Shown here piece by piece: positions 38,801 to 46,937 of a stretch of 64,000 bases of DNA (its first letter is position 1; each line of letters opens with the position of its first letter). The stretch is from positions 18,156 to 82,155 of the IMG/VR virus record IMGVR_UViG_3300022696_000117; one strand, given 5' to 3'. The notes under the pieces are model-generated. The model saw only the letters and a list, made by a program, of their open reading frames with translations. It was not told where the DNA came from and made no database searches. The DNA comes from a virus. Made by a program: the position numbers and the translations under genes.

Positions 38801-41800
38801 TCCGTCGGCTGACAAAAAGTCTGTGGTGAAGGTGCTCCCGAGATTAGAGACCAGGTCGCTTAGGCTTTTGGACTCATCGATGATATCCAGAACCCGGTCT
38901 TCAAACGGAATGCCGGTTTCGGCTTCGAAGGAAACCATGAACTTGGTGGCCATCTTGCCGATCTCGGCAGCCACGTCATACCCTGCCTCAACTGTTTTCA
39001 GCGCGGCTTCATCGAAAGGTATCCCGTCGTCAGAAACGAACATAGCCGTGAAGTAGGATTTCAGGCTGTTGATCTTCTCGGACGTGTTCTGGGCGAGAGA
39101 AAGGATTTCCCGACTTTCCTCGGACAGGTTTGCGCCGCCCTCTCCCTTGAAGAGAGTCGTGAAGGTAGCCTTGATGTTGTCTATCTGCTCAGACGTACCT
39201 TTTATCCGCCCGTAAACGGACTGGATCGTCTCGAACAGGGGCTTTTCATCCTTGTCTGCGTCTCCGATAAAGGCGACCTTGAAGATGTTTTTGGCCGCAA
39301 ACATCTTGCCGATGGTGCTTTTGTAGAGACCGAACGCCTTGGTCATGGCCCCGGTCATCAACTCGAAAACAGATGGCCACTCCTTCACATCACCGGCTGC
39401 TTCGATTTCAAGGGTGATCGGATCTTTCTGTATTTCCTTCTGGCCGTCCTTGATGGTTTTGCGGATCTCTTCTATGGCCTTGTCGACCGGTAAGCCCCCG
39501 GATGTCTGGAAGTCGACATTGACGACCGAATCGGTCTCTTCGGCATCCTTTCTGAGGTCACCGAGTTCGGCCTGGATCTCTTCGATTTTTTCACCGAGGA
39601 GCTTTGTGTCTGAAGCAGTCCCGGTGAACACCAGATTGATATTGCCGTCTACAGCGGTGTCAGCCCTGAACTGGTTGATGTATCCGGTCATTTCCTCGAA
39701 TGTTTCTTTGAGCCGGGATGTGTTCAGGGTGAACGGGGTCTGGCTGATCTCCTCTATTTTTTTGCGGTATCCCTCAAGGATGGCTTCGGTCTGCTGGATC
39801 TCGCCCCTGATGGCGTCCATCTGGGTTTTGAATTCGGCTCTTTGCTTTTCGAGGATGGCAACAGCCGCTTCGTGGCTTTTGGTGATGCCCTCCTTGGCCG
39901 CGTCGGCTGTCTGCTCGACCGAAGCAATGGTCTTTCCGGATTCATCAACCACGTCCCGGGCCAGGCCCTTGAACATGGATTGGGCCTCTCGGACCATCTC
40001 AGCGTTCTGAGTTTTGATGCCTTCCGCCAGGAGCCGGTTGGCCTCTTCACGATCGTTCAGCCACCGCTCCTCGTCGGACATGGTTTTCTGTTGAACGTCC
40101 CGCATGTCCTCCATGTAGGACTTGTTTACATTCTCGATCGCTTCGTTGGTGGACTCTACCTGGCCGCGGAGCCGATCATACTGGCCCTCCAGCTCCCGAA
40201 TGTGACCGGATACGATGCTCTTGACCTTGTCGTAGGCCCTCCGGATACCGGCAACATATTTCTCGTTGACCACCTCCATGTAGCCGATAATTCTGCCCTC
40301 GGCCTCCTGGCGGGAGATGGATGCCTTGCGGTACTCCCTGACGGTCTGATCGATGAAGCCCCTGACTATCTGGACCGCCTTCTGCTCACGGTCCTGGACC
40401 GCATCGAGCATCTTGTTGTTTTCGAGCATGTAATCCGCATACTCTTTTGCCCTGAGCGCGGCCATACTTTCGATCCGGTCCTTCTCGGCCAGGTTCAACT
40501 CTTCGGCCCGGTCCTTGAACTGAGAGATCCTCGACCCCAGATTCTTGTTGAATTCGACGAATCCTACTTTGTCCGCCGCCGACATGTCGTCGATCATTCG
40601 TCGGTAGTCTCTGGGAAGCTCCTGGACTGAAGATCGAAACGTGGCTGCTACACGGCCCACCCTTCCTTCAACCTCTGCGATCGCTGACAACATGGCATCG
40701 GCCAGGTCCCTCGCCACTTCAGGACCCACACGCATCGAGTTTATCATTTTCAGAATCTCGACACGGTTCATCCCGTACTTCTGGTTCAGGACCAAAAAGG
40801 TTTTGGCCAAGTCCCTTATGTTGTCCTTATAGTTTTCAGTGGCCTCATCAAGCTGTTCTATTAGAACTTTCTGGCCTGGAGCCGCCAGAAGGGGGGATAG
40901 GTTTTCGCTCGGCATGGCAGCTGTTCGCTGCCGCTCCATCATGTCGTATAGAGCCTGAAGCGATTTGGCTTGCTCATCGAGTTCGCCGGTTATTTTGACT
41001 TTCTCAACCTCAAGCATGGCTTCTGCGAGCTTCGGATAAGCTAAAGAGGCGAGGTCGACAACCCCCAGAAGGTCTCTTAGGCTTTCGGCAAGAGATCCTT
41101 GTTCCTTTGAGAATCTTTCAAGCATGTTTTCGTATGAATCGTCCGGCCTCTTTGAGAGCTCTTCGAGTGTTCTCCGGTAAAAAGAAAGGGTCTCCGCACT
41201 TTCTTTGAACGCGATGGCCTGAATTCTCGCCTCTTCAGATGTCCTCTGAAGCGCCGTGCTAAACCTATTGAGGATGATCAACAGGCCGGATATTGCCGTG
41301 GTCCATACAATGAAAGGGTTGGCCTGGAGCGCCCGCATGAGCCCTCTCTTGGCCCATATGGCTGCTCCGGCGGCACCGAAAGACGTGGCTACCCTGGTGA
41401 GGTGCTTAGCAAATACAACGATTGCTGTCCCTGCGAAGGCTTTATTGAGAAACTGAGCCGCTTTAGCAAGGCTGGCGATCCCTGCCGTAGCAAGCCCAAG
41501 CTGAGTCACCAGCCCCCCGAAATCGCTTTTTACGAAACTTTCAAGGCCCGTGAAAACCACCTTCATGGTATCGGCCAAAACGCCGAATGCGCCTGCGAGA
41601 CCTCTTTCACCAATAGCAATCGCAAGGTTGCCGGCCCGGTCGGCCGCATTCTTGAACTTGACCGCGAGGCCAAGGGCCTGGGTGTCAGCCATCTCCATGG
41701 CGGTCCCAAGGCGCTTGACCATGTCCATGGCCTCGTCGTATTTGCCGCTCATGAATGCTTCTGTGATGGCGGCGGCTGCCTGGGCGCCACGAAGCCGGAA

Positions 41801-43363
41801 GTAATCGTAGGCCTTGCCCATGTCTACGGCGCCCTTGGCGTTGTCCCACAAAAGGCCGGATAGATTCTCCAAAACCTTTTCATATCCGATCAACTTCGGA
41901 TTAAGGTCTTCGAGGGCCACGCCCTGGGCCTGAAGGGCAGCAGCCATTTTATCGGTAGGGGCCAGCATTTTGGCGATTACCTGCCGGAGGCCCGTACCGA
42001 TGGTAGACGCCCGCATACCATTATTTGCAAGAACCATCATGGAGGCTGCGACCTCTTCCAGAGAGACTCCTGCCTGCGAAGCCGAGATGCCTACGTAGTT
42101 GAAGGATGTCCGGAGCTTATCGACTGTCAGTTTCGACTTGTTGATGGCGTTGGCGAAAACATCCGCGATCCGGTTCGCCTCCTTGGCCTCGATGTTGAAG
42201 GCCCGCATCGTGGAGGTGACCAGATCGGCGGTGGTCGCCATGTCGGTGAGCGTACCGGTGGCGAGGTTGGCGACGGCCTGGATGGTCTCGATGGCTTCAC
42301 CGGCTGACAGACCGGCCTGGGCCAGAAGCACCATGCCTTCGCCGATCTCGGTGGAGGAAAACTTCGTTTCTCTGGCGATATCGAGCATCTTCGTCGACAT
42401 CGCCTCGATCTCATGGATGGTGGCGCCGCTGATGGCCTGGAGGTTTTTCAGGGCCTGGTCGAAGTCGATGATGGCGCTGGTTCCGGCTCTGAGCGCATTG
42501 ATAAAACCGAAGACCACCGTGGCCGAAGCCATGAAGGTGGCGTATTCCTTGAATTTGTGGATCACCTTGCCGAGGATGCTCTCCTGTTTGCCGAGGGCTT
42601 CGGTGACCTTGTCGGTGCTGGCCTTCGCTTTATCCGCGGATGCTCCGGTTCGGGCTTGGATGTTATTCAGAAGCCCCATTGCCGAGTGCATCTTCTGAGC
42701 CTGGGTGATCTGCCTTTGGGTGGCGGCGGATAGCTGATCGTAAGCCAGCGTTATCTTGCCGAGACCTGCGGCTCCGGTCCCGGCCGCAGAGGCGAAAGCC
42801 CCGAACATCCCAAGGGACTTCTGGCTTTGAGCGATCCATCGGGTGAGCCCGGCGACAGATTTGTCGATCTGTCCGGTGAACGCAGCCATGGACGCCCTGG
42901 CTAGGACAGCACCCTGAGAGATGCGGCCCATCTCCTGGGTCCACTTGGCTGACCCCCTGGCGATCCCCTGAACCTTCTGGAGGTATTGATCGAACCCGGC
43001 CCTTACCTTGGCCAGGTTTTTGTCGGTTTGAAGGACGACGTTGGCAGCCGTCCGGTTGGCTGTTGAAAACTTGTTGATGCCCTGGGTTACGGCCTTGAAG
43101 GCGTTTTCGTAGGCCTTGCCGCGTTTGGACATCTGCATCAGAGATTTGTCAAATTCTGATGTTGCGGATACGGCTTTTTTTATTTCGCTGGAGCTACGCC
43201 CGATTTTCGCAAAAGCGTTGGAAATTTCAACGGCGGCGGCGCTGACTGTCTTCGCTTTCGCTTCTATTTTGCCGAAAGCTTTGTCGACTGATATAAGCTC
43301 ATCTAGAAGCGTTTTTGCATTGGCTTCAAATATCGCCCCTAATGTAACCGTGGTGTCGCTCAT
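32840..43363 (-). CDS. Tape measure protein (TP901-type core), about 3,500 aa
   Basis: FDQALKNLQAISGAT...ETKFSSTEIGEGMVLLAQAGLS...IADVFANAINKS core; C-terminal YATGGRVPGSGTGDTVPAMLTPNEHVI; start at 43363 or 43432. Confidence 0.93.
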   Translation of the reverse strand: MSDTTVTLGAIFEANAKTLLDELISVDKAFGKIEAKAKTVSAAAVEISNAFAKIGRSSSEIKKAVSATSEFDKSLMQMSKRGKAYENAFKAVTQGINKFSTANRTAANVVLQTDKNLAKVRAGFDQYLQKVQGIARGSAKWTQEMGRISQGAVLARASMAAFTGQIDKSVAGLTRWIAQSQKSLGMFGAFASAAGTGAAGLGKITLAYDQLSAATQRQITQAQKMHSAMGLLNNIQARTGASADKAKASTDKVTEALGKQESILGKVIHKFKEYATFMASATVVFGFINALRAGTSAIIDFDQALKNLQAISGATIHEIEAMSTKMLDIARETKFSSTEIGEGMVLLAQAGLSAGEAIETIQAVANLATGTLTDMATTADLVTSTMRAFNIEAKEANRIADVFANAINKSKLTVDKLRTSFNYVGISASQAGVSLEEVAASMMVLANNGMRASTIGTGLRQVIAKMLAPTDKMAAALQAQGVALEDLNPKLIGYEKVLENLSGLLWDNAKGAVDMGKAYDYFRLRGAQAAAAITEAFMSGKYDEAMDMVKRLGTAMEMADTQALGLAVKFKNAADRAGNLAIAIGERGLAGAFGVLADTMKVVFTGLESFVKSDFGGLVTQLGLATAGIASLAKAAQFLNKAFAGTAIVVFAKHLTRVATSFGAAGAAIWAKRGLMRALQANPFIVWTTAISGLLIILNRFSTALQRTSEEARIQAIAFKESAETLSFYRRTLEELSKRPDDSYENMLERFSKEQGSLAESLRDLLGVVDLASLAYPKLAEAMLEVEKVKITGELDEQAKSLQALYDMMERQRTAAMPSENLSPLLAAPGQKVLIEQLDEATENYKDNIRDLAKTFLVLNQKYGMNRVEILKMINSMRVGPEVARDLADAMLSAIAEVEGRVGRVAATFRSSVQELPRDYRRMIDDMSAADKVGFVEFNKNLGSRISQFKDRAEELNLAEKDRIESMAALRAKEYADYMLENNKMLDAVQDREQKAVQIVRGFIDQTVREYRKASISRQEAEGRIIGYMEVVNEKYVAGIRRAYDKVKSIVSGHIRELEGQYDRLRGQVESTNEAIENVNKSYMEDMRDVQQKTMSDEERWLNDREEANRLLAEGIKTQNAEMVREAQSMFKGLARDVVDESGKTIASVEQTADAAKEGITKSHEAAVAILEKQRAEFKTQMDAIRGEIQQTEAILEGYRKKIEEISQTPFTLNTSRLKETFEEMTGYINQFRADTAVDGNINLVFTGTASDTKLLGEKIEEIQAELGDLRKDAEETDSVVNVDFQTSGGLPVDKAIEEIRKTIKDGQKEIQKDPITLEIEAAGDVKEWPSVFELMTGAMTKAFGLYKSTIGKMFAAKNIFKVAFIGDADKDEKPLFETIQSVYGRIKGTSEQIDNIKATFTTLFKGEGGANLSEESREILSLAQNTSEKINSLKSYFTAMFVSDDGIPFDEAALKTVEAGYDVAAEIGKMATKFMVSFEAETGIPFEDRVLDIIDESKSLSDLVSNLGSTFTTDFLSADGLATTAKMGEVAKSAEGLAGLIEGLVSTFTVSFMGENNSVKPLTEKIKDMEGGIMGMARRVGRVVTSFITKFTDGEGNPLSSTLKWVKENILEASKYVKGKASEFKIKFSSENGKPITQRISETLKGFEGLKQVIGTLGAVFSVRFWTKDGAPLEEQMEHIKKRMKLLSDSINETITKFRAKFETEEGISFGGIVEWVKGKFKALSDYINKTTAEMTADIKIGGMPLSEGLSWAKDQFMSLVKFIGGLLVSFIAEFSDATGIPLDDAIEKMMGKFSEASGTISGMKTAFEVFVSDEGQKMPIEDKLRAVMGDVEKTQNTINAAKAALKIGVVAAKTGAPIPEEAKKALMAATALVTKVNDLKATLTFGILGDDGRPVEEQAADMIDSVGGALITVQKIGEKFGIDMPKALIGAYETAEKLRDGLSSAAESASGFFSKIGGSGAVKAISGFFNLGPAVAEASKELDTLGKKADALSGEKKVEISVEGGDELSNLYAQFRGEGSLLDRAKAGAALFRIAFTGSDGTTEGVPVSEQVDLLKENLNKFSTWTGRLKTGLSIFFGTDEGDSFTDGVKKNISKATSFSKSVGNINAIMRLGIETEDGDDPIAFASNVVHSIRGIFKKADKNAEKVKTFFTDGAGKPVGDAIDATEAKLEEFSDSVKKHSPNFVVNLVTDEGEKTPEDRLDEFLFFSEKFKASLSKLNTNFTMRFIADNGEPLIDKILNTGKELRQLAEDAYHMGARYIISLVGQDGEDFLVGLNKKLDEAEGIALGFVSTIGDSFRAVIDNTVGYFSPKWADALGAMSSIFEAWTKKSIGMMANVGKVFTLGFDLKTSISDKAEIAAEKVKTALTDALTAPAKIASDAKNGISAAFVDFMDKNKSVVAGIKLGIKGLQEYFKFAQRPFKVMASSADLARKAITGLSEIGRTAFAKLSTHGSSAAKAFTAMVAKVPGLSTGLAKIAGAAATVASKFNMVMAAVQAFFIGWDLGRIIGDMDLFGTLPMKVNDYTMKAYGYIHAFLLDVKKSFAEAMAWITDQIPGLGLVSGFFNRIKSETETSLEEVERTIKDINPLEAMLDDNVVDSVAVRMKRAMETISKGLVAKAVVWFRGRGSSETDLSEKTEEMTGLTREFEREANALRPRIVTSFVGEDGEPAKKSFWQTILEFLGIVKEGTQKVNDAMPKKSLFEKLFDWSKTGSRDHRVLKSTYNEFEEFYGKLDSRRKISFEKFFADTKSEAIAYQNKAKSMKHTEEEISATVQSIWRERFEAFKKIAEDEMKVTRQASIQNVLDDIAAKTKRIQEESSKKIEAYQNEITELERLKVEAESTFLKKEISGFSPKNSPLYKALNESIGVLSEMSEEEIRIAKEAHAEKVRVYLGTLSTEEKYARGKELFLASLKESIGDYSKLSGEEIDAAKKQNAALAQYYGIVPDVSQVQTIEDKIRAINLKMAQERVSAIRESLGLAATALDDYAAKEKDAAARSLGIKKDALNKETAATAEAITDQERLDLEYAIERHKFWSMNEGLIDKHNQDVLAGTKRFYIDMETLEKEANEAKKRLYESDAQNRVQGAEKKKKIVVDVAKEMTKAEKQYAEEVKDIDEQVLRAKKKHYEEARQALKSELEASLQMEKDVANEILDIRRGLAEEQKSVEEWLRDQKREGMSEQAAYEDKWAEINEKYNKAVAMGNDRYEEKIKLIKEAMNAAKGMTGEIKDEEKVIISAERARSRSTEAVKKMFSTLKSEEEGRIKVLERAQAKTEEHTATLQKTLAVTDGRLEAIGKRLEQEVNAGLDRAREKAGEFMDKLESGTKFELDTTEAEGKLKKLAKMAKDITSKMGDTPLKYATGGRVPGSGTGDTVPAMLTPNEHVIDVPTVQNFGGHGFFNWLRSRSKSDAKDIMSSFVQKFSLGGPVKPVMPKISVPKMVPQFTQQVVQHFATGGAVRPAQEATNMGKMDLTLGNTTVQVYDRVDQIEQFKEQIRMEKRRRPNDFAMGY

Positions 43364-43475
43364 CGCGTCGCATATCCGGGCCCTCCCTTTGGGGCGATCC
43401 CTTATGTGGATGGGGAGGGGGAAGCCGGCCAAGGGTAAACCGGCGTTCGGGAGCTACCCTATCCCCCAAGCTGGA

Positions 43476-43892
43476 TCAGTGAAGGACCGTACCGATGAAT
43501 CTTTTGTGCTCCATCCGGAGCTGTTCGGACCATTCCTTCCGTTCTTCTTTGGTCAGGTGCTCGTAAGTCCGAGGATCCCCGGGAACACAATCCCGATATT
43601 TCGGGCTCACGTATGTCATCGGATCTTCCTTCTTTTGATCTGAGGCGCCGCCATCCACTTTTGCACCGTGGATACCGGCCTCAAACTTCATCCGTTCGAC
43701 TTCACGTTTCTGGCCGTGGGTCGTAAGCACCTCGATCTGGCCTATCGTCAAGCCGCCTTCGAGGAAGCTTCGTTGGTAGATGTCTCGGAGGGTGTATCCG
43801 GGGTATCGTTCGAGGACATAGGTGCAGGCTTCTTCGAATGAGTACCCTCCGCCTTCCGTTCGAAGAGGTGCCTGTACTTGTCCGCCAGCAAA
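43476..43892 (-). CDS. Tail assembly chaperone, -1 frameshift extension (gpT-like)
   Basis: Frame is open from the slippery site C CCT TTG (43889-43895) to the stop at 43476. Confidence 0.65.
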   Translation of the reverse strand, partial: FAGGQVQAPLRTEGGGYSFEEACTYVLERYPGYTLRDIYQRSFLEGGLTIGQIEVLTTHGQKREVERMKFEAGIHGAKVDGGASDQKKEDPMTYVSPKYRDCVPGDPRTYEHLTKEERKEWSEQLRMEHKRFIGTVLH

Positions 43893-44257
43893 GGGGCTTT
43901 TTCAATCGCCCGCTGATAGTTTACCTCGAAAATGATTTCCATCACCTCCAGAAACTGATCGTTATCAATCTCCTCCAGGAGGTCTTCGCCCTTGTGTTCG
44001 CCGCAGGTGGCCAGGGTGAGGCTTTCGGCAGAGTTTCGTTGAAGCGTTCCGACGATGGTGGTCACCCAGGCCATGGGGTTTCTGGCATCATCGGTGGTCA
44101 TGCTCATGGCGCTGTTGAATGCGTCGGTGATCAAATCGGTCATTCGAAACTGGCCGGCGACCGACAACGGATACAGGGTGATGGTCATCGGGTTTCGGAT
44201 TCCGATATCAAGGGTTTTGACCTTCGGGTTCAGTTTTGCAGCATCGTCTCCAGGCAT
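43748..44257 (-). CDS. Tail assembly chaperone (gpG-like)
   Basis: Between tail tube and TMP; AAGGAG SD. Confidence 0.75.
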   Translation of the reverse strand: MPGDDAAKLNPKVKTLDIGIRNPMTITLYPLSVAGQFRMTDLITDAFNSAMSMTTDDARNPMAWVTTIVGTLQRNSAESLTLATCGEHKGEDLLEEIDNDQFLEVMEIIFEVNYQRAIEKAPLLADKYRHLFERKAEGTHSKKPAPMSSNDTPDTPSETSTNEASSKAA

Positions 44258-44293
44258 ATGCTTTTCTCCTTATAAGGCCGGCTCGCCCACCTG

Positions 44294-44309
44294 GTATCCA
44301 AATGGGAAA
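44294..44309. promoter_or_regulatory. Operator-like site GTATCCAAATGGGAAA
   Basis: Intergenic; 14/16 identical to 7882-7897. Confidence 0.6.
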
Positions 44310-44339
44310 GCCGGATTCAAAAAAAATGGGACAAAAAAA

Positions 44340-45260
44340 TTACGCAGCCTGCTGGAAGTAGATCCGTCCGAGCGGCCCGATGCCGTCGGTGAGGTTCAGG
44401 TTCCAGGCAGCGTTACCGCCGCTGATGTCTTCATGGGCCTGAGAACCCTGGAAGACGATCGGGACGTTGGATTCCTGCTCGGCCTGGGCCGCGTCTATAC
44501 CTGAACTCGACTGCGCCCGGGGCAGGATGATGATCATCTTGTGGCCGTCGGCGTACTCGAAGATCGCTTCGACCCGCACGTAGGCCGGCTGTCCGCCGAC
44601 ACCGAGCGGAATGGAGCCCTGATCCACGTTGCCATACAGGGCGGTGCCGGTCTCGGCCTTGGTTGTCCAGAAAGTGAAGCTATCATCTGCGGTCCAGGTT
44701 CCGGTGAAAAAACTGGCAGGGATGGTGAAGTAGGGGTTTCCGTCATTATCCGGAGCCATCTCGGAGTCGAGCGCCGCGAAGGTGTAAACCACTCCGCTTT
44801 TTTCTCCGATGATTTTGCCGGCCGTGGCACCGGTGAAAAACACGGTGAACCTATCGTTCACCGCACCGCCGGCATCGTCGACCGTAATATCTCCGGTGGT
44901 GGTCCCGGCATCCGAATTCGTCTCTCCGACATGGATGGCGGCGGAGACATCCCCGATCGGGTCCAGGCCGTTGGCCAGGGCGTAGTTGAACGGCTTGTGC
45001 TCCAGGAAGGCACACTCAACGGAAGCCATAGTGGACAGGGCTTCGACGCCGTCAAGGTTCTTCGGGGTCCCGGACTCGTAGTTGTAATTCTCCCGGGTGG
45101 CCGTCAGCTTGGTCGATGCCATGGCGCCGATGGAGTTGGCCGCGGCCAGACAGGGCAGGGGGTTGGAAATGTTCGCGGCGGATTTCCCGACACGAATCTG
45201 CATGAATCCAAGGTTTCTGGATTCTACGTTCTTTGATACCGGTCCTCTTGAGGTAGACAT
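44340..45260 (-). CDS. Major tail (tube) protein with an inserted beta domain
   Basis: Position before chaperones/TMP; no sheath gene nearby. Confidence 0.75.
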   Translation of the reverse strand: MSTSRGPVSKNVESRNLGFMQIRVGKSAANISNPLPCLAAANSIGAMASTKLTATRENYNYESGTPKNLDGVEALSTMASVECAFLEHKPFNYALANGLDPIGDVSAAIHVGETNSDAGTTTGDITVDDAGGAVNDRFTVFFTGATAGKIIGEKSGVVYTFAALDSEMAPDNDGNPYFTIPASFFTGTWTADDSFTFWTTKAETGTALYGNVDQGSIPLGVGGQPAYVRVEAIFEYADGHKMIIILPRAQSSSGIDAAQAEQESNVPIVFQGSQAHEDISGGNAAWNLNLTDGIGPLGRIYFQQAA

Positions 45261-45281
45261 AGTTCAGTCCTCCTGAAAAAA

Positions 45282-45743
45282 TTAAATGGTGTTTGCCCAT
45301 CTCGCCCGAACCGTGAGCGGCGAGACCTTGGTTTGATCAATACCCTTGAAATTCGGCCCTGGATCGACACGATCTATCATGAGGTGACCGATCTCGGTCC
45401 AGGGCGAAACTGTTGTGTCGTAAAGCGGGACCGCTTTGATGCCGTTGGCCTTGGCCGGGTCCACGAGGTATTTCATGACGGTGTCCTTCAGCCTGGCCCC
45501 TTCGATTCCTTCAGGATCTTCCTGGGTGCAGCAGAAGACCGTCCACACCGCGGCAGGAAGGTCCGACGCATACGGATCGATGGTTTCCACGTTCACCACG
45601 ATCCACTTGGTCCAGCCATCCACGGCTTCGATTCCAGCGTCGAACAGCACCTTGATTTCTTCGGTCGTTTCCAGGTTATCGACATGGAATTTGACCAAAG
45701 AGAGTTTCAAGTTGAGCTCGCTCGAATCGGCAGGCAGGCTCAT
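45282..45743 (-). CDS. Tail terminator-like protein
   Basis: 153 aa directly upstream of the tube gene. Confidence 0.55.
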   Translation of the reverse strand: MSLPADSSELNLKLSLVKFHVDNLETTEEIKVLFDAGIEAVDGWTKWIVVNVETIDPYASDLPAAVWTVFCCTQEDPEGIEGARLKDTVMKYLVDPAKANGIKAVPLYDTTVSPWTEIGHLMIDRVDPGPNFKGIDQTKVSPLTVRARWANTI

Positions 45744-46093
45744 CTCTTGACAGCCCTCCGAATCATTTCCTGTTCACTGAACTTTTTCGGCTTCCCGCTG
45801 AGAACCGCTTTCTTGATGTGGTCCCGTTCTTTCTGGAGCTTTTTCTTTTTTCCGTACTTAATAAGAGACCATCCCGTATAATTCAGCTCAAGAAGCTGAG
45901 ACATGACGGTCCAGTAGATGAATACGTTTTTCAGAAGCGGCGCTTCCGGGGCCTGGTCTTCGATGGCTTTTCGGATCTCCAGGTTCATCTGCCTGGACCA
46001 CTCGCCCCACTCTATCGAGAACCTGGAAAGGTTCTTCTCGACCGCGTCCTTGTAGCGGCTGTCGATGCTTTTGATGTACTCGGCAGGGGTCAT
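45740..46093 (-). CDS. Hypothetical protein
   Basis: 4-nt overlaps at both ends. Confidence 0.55.
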   Translation of the reverse strand: MTPAEYIKSIDSRYKDAVEKNLSRFSIEWGEWSRQMNLEIRKAIEDQAPEAPLLKNVFIYWTVMSQLLELNYTGWSLIKYGKKKKLQKERDHIKKAVLSGKPKKFSEQEMIRRAVKR

Positions 46094-46464
46094 GCGATGT
46101 GCTCCAGCTTTTTGTCGTCGTCAACCACGACCTTGCGCCATGTCGGGGCGATGCCTTCGATCTCGGTCCATGGGATATACTGAACGTGACAATGGCCGTC
46201 CTTGCACCCGCCGACCACCTGAAGCAGGAGGTTGTCTTCGTCTTCGTCCAGGACCTTCATTTCGTCTCTGCCTGTTGAGGCTGGTACGGTGATTAGGTCT
46301 TTCTTTGAGATTGGAAACCGCTTCCAGAAAGCCTGGCCCTTCTTCTTCGCAATCCAGAGCCTGATCGGGGCCTGAAGCCATGCGATAAGGGGCGGTGTTA
46401 TGATGGCGAAGATTATTGCCCAGGTGGCGGGTTGCGTGAACAGCTGCATCAGATTGGATTCCAT
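46090..46464 (-). CDS. Single-pass membrane protein
   Basis: N-terminal hydrophobic helix WAIIFAIITPPLIAWL. Confidence 0.6.
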   Translation of the reverse strand: MESNLMQLFTQPATWAIIFAIITPPLIAWLQAPIRLWIAKKKGQAFWKRFPISKKDLITVPASTGRDEMKVLDEDEDNLLLQVVGGCKDGHCHVQYIPWTEIEGIAPTWRKVVVDDDKKLEHIA

Positions 46465-46929
46465 TTATTCGCCTCCTCCGAAGACTTCCCCATCTGGAAG
46501 CTCAAGCTTGATAGGCAGCTCTGGGTGAATTCTGGCAGCCACAAGCTGGTCCGAGGAGAAATCAAACTCAAGGAATTCATCACCGACATTGAATCCGAAG
46601 GTGTAGTCGTCCGGGAAAATGTCGTCGTAGATGTAGTAGACAACGTCTATAGCCTCTCTTGAGACGGCTCCGGATGCAGACGGGTTGTATGGTGTGCCGA
46701 CGGAACCCCTGTCTTTGGTTTCGGTTTTGTTGTATTCAAGCGTCACGAACCCTAGGCCAGTGTATCCAGGGCCGCTGATTTCGGCCGGCTGTTTGAAGGT
46801 GGCTGTAAGGGTTAAGCCATCACAAACCTCGCAGTAAACCGGGTATTTCTCGCCGTAGATCGGCCAGTCTGCCATTGCCGGGCCTGAGAGAATCAGAACC
46901 AAAATGAAAACCATCGCCCTTGAAAGCAT
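46465..46929 (-). CDS. Secreted hypothetical protein
   Basis: Signal peptide MLSRAMVFILVLILSGPAMA|D. Confidence 0.6.
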   Translation of the reverse strand: MLSRAMVFILVLILSGPAMADWPIYGEKYPVYCEVCDGLTLTATFKQPAEISGPGYTGLGFVTLEYNKTETKDRGSVGTPYNPSASGAVSREAIDVVYYIYDDIFPDDYTFGFNVGDEFLEFDFSSDQLVAARIHPELPIKLELPDGEVFGGGE

Positions 46930-46937
46930 TGCTCCTC

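Noticed and set aside
43326-43373. Out-of-frame 15-codon mini-ORF using the best SD ahead of the TMP
   Set aside because: It could modulate TMP translation, but the true TMP start is uncertain and the evidence is too thin.
33020-43643. Many long plus-strand ORFs opposite the tape measure (also 59683-60789, 61875-62942, 11143-12189)
   Set aside because: Antisense shadows of GC3-rich genes, with no SDs or recognisable motifs.
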